Origin: a virus
Lineage: Duplodnaviria > Caudoviricetes
DNA length: 64,000 nucleotides
Direction: 5' to 3' (one strand)
Virus record (IMG/VR): IMGVR_UViG_3300032226_000905
Coordinates: 22,276-86,275 of that record
Below are positions 58,306 through 64,000 of the stretch, one piece after another (position 1 is the stretch's first letter; every line of letters starts with the position of its first letter). The notes under the pieces were generated by a model. It was not told the DNA's origin. It saw only the letters and a list, made by a program, of their open reading frames with translations, and ran no database searches. The translations under genes and the position numbers were made by a program.

Positions 58306-59682
58306 TTAGTGCAATGACGTCCAGGAACCGCCTGCTACTGCCCTTACTTTGGTTAGAGTAGTATCATAATACATCATACCATTTACTCGATTACCTGAGC
58401 CGCCTATAGCAGAATCTGCTGCTGCTTCATTGGCATATGTGGGTAATACCGGAACTGTTAGGAATTCAGTTTTTCTACCTTTGATAGATATTTTATTACT
58501 TCGACTTCCGGTCTCATCAGTGGCGCTAATATCAATTCTAGTAGGAATAACTCCAGTACTAACTACACCGTCGACAGTATGAGTTATTTCACTGGTAGTA
58601 ACATAGCTGGTGCCATCATGGGCAACAAATGTAATTTCGCTGATTTCGTCACTGGCAGCTACTGCTGTGGGCACTGTGTCAGTGCCTCTTGCTCTTCTAA
58701 AGGTCGTGTTTCTAGAATCAGCCGTAGTGTGAAATTGCTGTATAAGCAGCACAGGTGCGCCAGAAGCATATCCGTTGACTGTGACCCTTGTTGACCCGTC
58801 TAGGTTGATCAATCCTGCACTGTCGAGGTACATTCTTCTAGTCATAGTTCCACTAGAATCAGCAGTGAAAAAGTCGAGACGTCCTGGAACTGCAGTTCCT
58901 GTAATAGTTCCTTCGGTTAATCCTTTGATTGTAGCTGCAGAAACTACTGCACCTGTTGTAGTAGGTGCGTTCCAATCTATATCACCTAGAGAATCATCAG
59001 CTAATGGAATAGTCGGTGAGGAAATAGTTCCTCTTCTGCGTTGGAAAACTAGTGCCGATGAAAACGGTGAATTGTGTGTTTGTACAAGACTTATAAATCT
59101 AGAAAGCTCGTCTGACGCATAATAAAATACTTCATTATTAAAAATCGAATTACCTTGTACTGTGAGATCATTATCTACCGTAACATTTGTCTGAAATTGG
59201 ATCGGAGTATCAACTAAAATAGTACTAGATGTAGCAGAAGAAATTAGATTGGTTTCTATGTTGCCACTAACATTACCGGTGACGTTACCAGTGACATTGC
59301 CCGTAACATTACCGAGCACATTGCCATTTAAAGTCGCCGTGGTAACATTTAATACCACTGTAGATGCGCCATTGAATATTTTTTCAGTTATAACAGCATC
59401 TGCTTCTATAGTGTCGTGAGTTAAAATATCAACTCTGGCGCTTAGAGATTTAGTAGTATTATTGTATGTAAAACTGATGTTTTGATGGGTGCCTGCTAAT
59501 AACGAGGCTGCTGCTGCATCTTTGGCTTCGTTTGAGCTTATTCCTGCAAGGAGTACTCCGCCGGCTGTAGATCCGTCGCCTACACTGACTCGTTTTAATT
59601 GTGTATCATAAACTAATTCACCCACCGATGGTGTAATACTTCCGACTTCTGCGGTGTTGCCTCTGCGAAGCTGTAATGGCAT
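58306..59682 (-). CDS. Orphan tail fibre / spike-like protein
   Basis: MPLQLRRGNT and GELVYDT fibre-type N-terminus; (NVTG)n repeat; duplicated RR.RGT...P..v...D.l..i.f module. Confidence 0.7.
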   Translation of the reverse strand: MPLQLRRGNTAEVGSITPSVGELVYDTQLKRVSVGDGSTAGGVLLAGISSNEAKDAAAASLLAGTHQNISFTYNNTTKSLSARVDILTHDTIEADAVITEKIFNGASTVVLNVTTATLNGNVLGNVTGNVTGNVTGNVSGNIETNLISSATSSTILVDTPIQFQTNVTVDNDLTVQGNSIFNNEVFYYASDELSRFISLVQTHNSPFSSALVFQRRRGTISSPTIPLADDSLGDIDWNAPTTTGAVVSAATIKGLTEGTITGTAVPGRLDFFTADSSGTMTRRMYLDSAGLINLDGSTRVTVNGYASGAPVLLIQQFHTTADSRNTTFRRARGTDTVPTAVAASDEISEITFVAHDGTSYVTTSEITHTVDGVVSTGVIPTRIDISATDETGSRSNKISIKGRKTEFLTVPVLPTYANEAAADSAIGGSGNRVNGMMYYDTTLTKVRAVAGGSWTSLH

Positions 59683-59746
59683 ATTTCGACTCCTGGAATC
59701 AATCCTATCTCATATATTTATGCCTCTCCGATCAGAAGTTATAGTC

Positions 59747-59776
59747 AAAAAAATAGGGCTTCGAAAAGCCCTATTT
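59747..59776 (-). terminator. Rho-independent terminator
   Basis: Stem AAATAGGGCT/AGCCCTATTT followed by a T-run on the minus strand. Confidence 0.8.
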
Positions 59777-59788
59777 AAACTGCGTAGT

Positions 59789-60394
59789 TTAATCTACTAC
59801 GGGTCCATTTCCGTTACGAAATCCTACTTCACCACCTTCTGCTTGAATACGTGCAATAACGTCTTCAAAAAGGATAGGTGCGAAATTTGGAGTTTGTTCC
59901 ACGCAAACGCAATGATAACGGACATCGTTTTCATTACTGTACAAGACTTCTCCTGTACGTGCATCAACACCTCGGGCCCGCTTTACACGGTTTGAGTGTA
60001 GATGACCGTGAATGTTTACACCAAACCGTCCTAAACTCGCTTCGTGGACAGGAATATGACTAAGAATCATGCCGTTCATCACATGGTAAGCTCTTAGTTC
60101 GCGGAAATATACGCTATATTCTGTATCACGGAAGATATCATGATTGCCACGAATAAGTACCTTGTCCCCGTTTAATCGAGATAGAGTTTTTAGAGATTTT
60201 CGATTTATAACCACATCACCGAGGTGATAAACCTTATCCGTAGGCTTTACCTGTTCGTTCCACGCTTTGATCATAGCTTCGTCCATGTCTTCTGGATTGT
60301 CCCATGGACGCAACTTTGAACCGTCATCACGTAAGAAACGGCACACGCCTGCGTGACCAAAGTGCGTGTCGCTGACTAAAAATACGCTAGGCAT
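59789..60394 (-). CDS. Calcineurin-like metallophosphoesterase
   Basis: SDTHFGH, LGD, GNHD, SHIP, HGHLH. Confidence 0.9.
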   Translation of the reverse strand: MPSVFLVSDTHFGHAGVCRFLRDDGSKLRPWDNPEDMDEAMIKAWNEQVKPTDKVYHLGDVVINRKSLKTLSRLNGDKVLIRGNHDIFRDTEYSVYFRELRAYHVMNGMILSHIPVHEASLGRFGVNIHGHLHSNRVKRARGVDARTGEVLYSNENDVRYHCVCVEQTPNFAPILFEDVIARIQAEGGEVGFRNGNGPVVD

Positions 60395-60418
60395 AGTGCC
60401 CTCCTTTCTTAAAATATA

Positions 60419-60447
60419 ATTATAATCTCAAACGTCGATGCTGTCAA
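60419..60447 (-). promoter_or_regulatory. Sigma70-type promoter
   Basis: TTGACA-17nt-TATAAT. Confidence 0.85.
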
Positions 60448-61688
60448 GTTTGGTATGTTATAACAGCAGATTGTATGATTTTGGAGAATTTTATCTCAGC
60501 TTCTTCTAAGGTATTTCCGCTGACTAAAATAGTACCGTTATGATCGACCGCAAAATCATTTCTCAACATGCGGATCTGTTTAGATTTTGGATAGCTTATT
60601 TGATCGGCCAAATTGCTGTCCGGTAAATGCAGTTCTTTTAATGTGCCGTTTTTTAAAGGAATCATTCTTAAAATAGTAGGCTTTATATCTAGAGTATAAG
60701 TTTCATCAAATAATAACTTATTTGTCAATTTTACAGCATAATTTTTTTCACCGCTGTGTAGAAACAGTCTATAAGATACAGCAGATGTTCTAGCGGCAAA
60801 ATCGATAAAGTAAAAACGATTTTTATCTACAATAATATCAAACATAAAAGGACTATTATCTAATTCAATATCGTCAAAAAACTTTTTTATTTCTTTAATA
60901 ATAGAATTTTTAAAATCTACAGTATCAAATTTTGATGGATACACAAATCCAGTTTCGGCAGTATAGGGATAACAATCACTTTCAATTTCATACATAAAAT
61001 CGATAGATATTTCTTTATTTTTAACTATTCCAGATACTGATACCAATATTCCAGGTATATATTGTTGAATTAAATAATTGCCTCCTAGAGAAAGATATTG
61101 TAAACTTTTAAATTTAGAATTGTGTTTCTCTTGAAAGGTATGAGTTTGAAAGTTGGTATCTTGAAAAAAATCAATCAGTTGCTGTTGATTTTCAATTATT
61201 TGAACTCCTAGACTGCAGAAACCTGAAGATGGTTTTACTATACATGGAAAATTTATACTTTCAGCGATCTGATGTATTTCTTGAAGATACTCTATTTCAT
61301 CATAGATCTCCGGACACGGTACTCCGAGGTTTTTCCATATTTTGTAATATGATGATTTATTTTTTATTTTTTCTGCAGATGCACTCTGTATACCTAATAG
61401 ATTGAATCTATCGTTGATTGTTGCGATATCAGTAACCATACTATCTGCAAATAAAGGATAAATGAAATTATATCCTCGATTACAGAGCTCTTCGATTTTC
61501 TGTAATAATTCTTTTTTACTTTCAACAATACTGTACCTACCATCCAAAGATTCAATTAAAGATTCTTCAATGTCGTTTTCTACCTTGTTTGGAGATAGTA
61601 TAAAATGAACATCGAAATTATTCTGTTCTAATTTTTTAGCCATGTTTATTTGACTAGTATTTGTACAGGAAAAAATTATTTTTTTCAT
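60444..61688 (-). CDS. ATP-grasp ligase
   Basis: FPCIVKPSSGFCSLGV, LIQQYIPG, FIDFAAR. Confidence 0.82.
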   Translation of the reverse strand: MKKIIFSCTNTSQINMAKKLEQNNFDVHFILSPNKVENDIEESLIESLDGRYSIVESKKELLQKIEELCNRGYNFIYPLFADSMVTDIATINDRFNLLGIQSASAEKIKNKSSYYKIWKNLGVPCPEIYDEIEYLQEIHQIAESINFPCIVKPSSGFCSLGVQIIENQQQLIDFFQDTNFQTHTFQEKHNSKFKSLQYLSLGGNYLIQQYIPGILVSVSGIVKNKEISIDFMYEIESDCYPYTAETGFVYPSKFDTVDFKNSIIKEIKKFFDDIELDNSPFMFDIIVDKNRFYFIDFAARTSAVSYRLFLHSGEKNYAVKLTNKLLFDETYTLDIKPTILRMIPLKNGTLKELHLPDSNLADQISYPKSKQIRMLRNDFAVDHNGTILVSGNTLEEAEIKFSKIIQSAVITYQT

Positions 61689-61712
61689 CGAACTGCTGAT
61701 ATGTTTAGAATT

Positions 61713-62288
61713 TTAAATATATTCAACATCTGCCGCTAGTATGAATCTATATTGATCACTTTGTACGATGCCAGGTCTATGCCATTGATCGGATGGGTAA
61801 ATCAGCCAGTTACCGTCTGTGGGCTTTACAAAAAATTTATCATTTTTTTCGGGGCCAGAAGGTGCCATTTCTGTTCCGCAGTAATCTCGGTCTTTGACAT
61901 CTTCGGGAATATGTAGATAAAAAATTCCACTCATCATCTTGGCATTTGGATTTTCTGGATGCCAATGGTTATGCCATAATTTTTCACGATCTTCGGCACC
62001 CTGGAGATTAGTCATAAACGACCAAGCCATCATGTTAGATATTTTGGCCTCTCGACCTAGATACATGAATACTGAAAAAAGAAAACTCATTCTATATTTG
62101 AGCCAAACAGATTCTGGTCTAGCAAATATATTTTCTTTAGTCTGATATTTAGGACTGTTGGTAAAATAATTTCCGTCGGCGATAATCGATCGTATAATGC
62201 CCACAGCAGAATCATTATCCTGTTTGGTAATTACACTACTAAAATCAAATTTTCTAAAAGTGTCGTTTTGATCGATTACTGTTATCAT
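61713..62288 (-). CDS. 2OG-Fe(II) oxygenase-like protein (HxH type)
   Basis: WHNH...SGIFYLHIP, LIYPSDQWH, RFILA. Confidence 0.75.
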   Translation of the reverse strand: MITVIDQNDTFRKFDFSSVITKQDNDSAVGIIRSIIADGNYFTNSPKYQTKENIFARPESVWLKYRMSFLFSVFMYLGREAKISNMMAWSFMTNLQGAEDREKLWHNHWHPENPNAKMMSGIFYLHIPEDVKDRDYCGTEMAPSGPEKNDKFFVKPTDGNWLIYPSDQWHRPGIVQSDQYRFILAADVEYI

Positions 62289-62304
62289 TGGGTATTTAAA
62301 TGAA

Positions 62305-62543
62305 TATCGATAGTAGCACTATAGTTTCGGTTCGAGGCGATGCTCGAGGCCACCCAGGCATTACAGCGCCTGCTACTTTAGTCCAGCCTAACATGGAATC
62401 CGTTATCTCGCAACAGCTTCGCTCTGTAAAAAGTTGTCTGTCATATTGAGACCAATAATGCACCTACGATGCACCAACTCTGCAGTTCCACCCGCTCGGT
62501 ATCGCCTTACGGTCATTGATCGGATCTTGTGCTACTATCGATA
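62305..62543 (-). ncRNA. Candidate structured ncRNA A (strand uncertain)
   Basis: 15-bp perfect terminal inverted repeat plus internal helices; abuts the tRNA CCA end. Confidence 0.5.
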
Positions 62544-62545
62544 AC

Positions 62546-62620
62546 TGGTTGCGGGGGACAGAATCGAACTGTCGATCTCCAGGTTATGAGCCTGGCGGGT
62601 TACCTCTTCCCCACCCCGCG
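62546..62620 (-). tRNA. Initiator tRNA-fMet (CAU)
   Basis: CGCGGGG...CCCCGCA-ACCA; C1:A72 mismatch; G11-C24; loop CUCAUAA; T-loop UUCGAUU. Confidence 0.93.
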
Positions 62621-62623
62621 ATA

Positions 62624-62792
62624 ACTTTAGTTGATAGTACTCGAGCCTTATAGGACTGAGCGGATTTCTGAGTGGAGTTCGATATTCCTCATAAGCCATT
62701 GCCCTCGGTTTTATCAGAAGAGTAAGATGGCCCTATTCTTCATGAGTCTGTGCGTCCACAAACGATACCCGCCGAATGCTATCAACTAAAGT
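62624..62792 (-). ncRNA. Candidate structured ncRNA B (strand uncertain)
   Basis: 14-bp perfect terminal inverted repeat; internal TTCTGA/TCAGAA and GAAGA/TCTTC helices. Confidence 0.5.
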
Positions 62793-63000
62793 GTCTAGCC
62801 ACGGTTCCCGGACCGCCCTAAACTGAGTTGTTACCCTGTCCGTTAGTATTTGCGTTTTATGTCGTCAGTTCTACTTCTGCCGCCACGGTGTCTCAAGTCG
62901 TCCATATAACGGACCTTATGGTCATTACCGTTTGTACCCTGTCTGTATGGCTGCGACAATCGCCCACTTTATATAACGTAAAAGTGTAAACCGGGGTCTG

Positions 63001-63579
63001 TTACAGCAGGCCTTCTGTTTGAAGAACTGCTGCGGTTTCATCACTGAGAGGAATCTCAGTTTTGATATTGAGTTCAAGAATTTCGTCATTGAGCTTCTGC
63101 TTGGATTTTTTCAGGTTGAGGATTTCGGCCTTGGCCTGTGCGATCTGATCTCTGCTGACTATTGTGGTAGTCACTGTGTCGCCGTAGCCAAACACACGAC
63201 TACGTGCTTCGTCTTTGAGACTCTTGATTTTCTCCAACTTGCCTTTGATTATATCTAGAGATGTCATCTCTTTGGACTTGGCTAATTCCTCTAACTGACC
63301 AATTCTTTTATCAATGAACGCTGCTTTGGCCAGTGCAGTATCAATACCGCTGGCTGCATTAGCGGTACCGACTAGGGCACGGATATTGTACAACGCCATG
63401 GTCAACTTCTGTCGGCGGCTGTCGTTTTCTACTAATTGGCTGTTAGCCTTGGCGATAATATCCTCGACATTCTGAAACTCGTTGAGTTCAACATCTAGAT
63501 CGACTTTGATGGCCTTTACGGCATCATTGATGCTGTTTTGTACAGCATTGGCTTTTCTCAGTGTAATGTTCATTCCCAT
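63001..63579 (-). CDS. Coiled-coil hypothetical protein
   Basis: 192-aa helical ORF coupled to rpoZ. Confidence 0.6.
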   Translation of the reverse strand: MGMNITLRKANAVQNSINDAVKAIKVDLDVELNEFQNVEDIIAKANSQLVENDSRRQKLTMALYNIRALVGTANAASGIDTALAKAAFIDKRIGQLEELAKSKEMTSLDIIKGKLEKIKSLKDEARSRVFGYGDTVTTTIVSRDQIAQAKAEILNLKKSKQKLNDEILELNIKTEIPLSDETAAVLQTEGLL

Positions 63580-63797
63580 TTTCCTTTTTCTTTGCGAGGC
63601 AATTTTTTCATGTAATCTTCTTTAGTATAAAGACCTTCTTCGATTTCCTTTAAGGCAGTTACGATCGGTCCGTTGTCTGTAGCGACCCTTGCCTGCGATC
63701 CTTGCCTAAGTTCTCTAGCTCTTTGGCTAGCGCCGAGAACTAGATCGAACAATCCACCGTATTTCAATGCTGCTTTTTGAGAAGTAATCCTAGCCAT
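63570..63797 (-). CDS. rpoZ: RNA polymerase omega subunit homolog
   Basis: MARIT...FDLVLGASQRAREL..G...IVTALKEIEEG matches the RpoZ consensus. Confidence 0.88.
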   Translation of the reverse strand: MARITSQKAALKYGGLFDLVLGASQRARELRQGSQARVATDNGPIVTALKEIEEGLYTKEDYMKKLPRKEKGKWE

Positions 63798-63809
63798 CTG
63801 CTATCCTTT

Positions 63810-63838
63810 ATTATAGTGACGGTTTGAGGAAAGGTCAA
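63810..63838 (-). promoter_or_regulatory. Sigma70-type promoter of rpoZ
   Basis: TTGACC-17nt-TATAAT. Confidence 0.8.
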
Positions 63839-64000
63839 GTAATAGACCGGACAATAGACAACGGAAGAATTCAATCTTCCTTTGACAATGTGCAAATAAC
63901 AATACACAGAGGTCTATATATTTCCGATTAACAAATGACATTCTATTAGGGATCGGATCACATAAACACGGTCCAATGTTCAGTTGGATTGTAAGTATGG

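Noticed and set aside
62818-62853. tmRNA-like tag frame (AUAAAAC-GCA AAU..., ANTNGQGNNSV*)
   Set aside because: No alanyl acceptor/T-arm domain or PK1 pseudoknot could be identified, and the tag lacks a hydrophobic AA end; probably chance. An ARAGORN run would settle it.
99-63258. Numerous short ORFs antisense to or nested in long genes (e.g. 99-362, 18726-19373, 33109-33525, 58775-59122)
   Set aside because: Shadow frames of real genes with no SD, promoter or recognisable motifs.
1-64000. Bacterial chromosome or prophage origin, suggested by porin, iscU, kdsA, sod and rpoZ
   Set aside because: These genes are interleaved with lysis, baseplate and T4-like replication genes and carry phage-type late boxes; no integrase, att site or host operon context is seen.
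1-64000. Stop-codon reassignment as seen in some large phages
   Set aside because: Genes are full length and tightly packed under the standard code.
63839-64000. Short ACAAT/AATAGAC repeats and a GGAAGA/TCTTCC hairpin as a possible origin or ncRNA
   Set aside because: Too short, degenerate and cut by the window edge to support a call.

Overview
Fragment of a large lytic T4-like (myovirus-type) bacteriophage genome. Host-like genes (porin, Bug/TctC binding protein, IscU/IscA, RpoZ) point to a Betaproteobacterial (Burkholderiales-like) host; this is inference. Almost all core genes lie on the minus strand. Layout: lysis cassette (GH19 endolysin, i-spanin, and an overlapping o-spanin missing from the ORF track); PhoH, clamp loader, GroES and a stand-alone DnaE fragment; a 19-kb baseplate/tail-fibre block (6.2-25.5 kb) with a subtilase and a 2537-aa protein carrying phycobiliprotein-like CxRD repeats; an IscA/IscU/SOD/UvsE stress module; a KdsA/glycosyltransferase/QueD module with a riboswitch-like leader; early hypotheticals and ThyX. 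The standout is a ~23-kb strand-alternating enzyme island (38.7-62.3 kb). It holds four paralogous SGGxDS PP-loop proteins, ten 2OG-Fe(II)-type oxygenases, two His-box desaturases/hydroxylases, GNAT-like proteins, a sulfotransferase, a methyltransferase, an enolase-family epimerase, an ATP-grasp ligase, a porin, a TTT binding protein and an orphan fibre gene. Most of its transcription units carry T4-late-like TAAATA boxes. Also present: a 111-nt CCA-ending tRNA-like RNA, an initiator tRNA flanked by two long-stem structured RNAs, and a phage RpoZ. All protein calls come from motif recognition by eye; no database searches were run.
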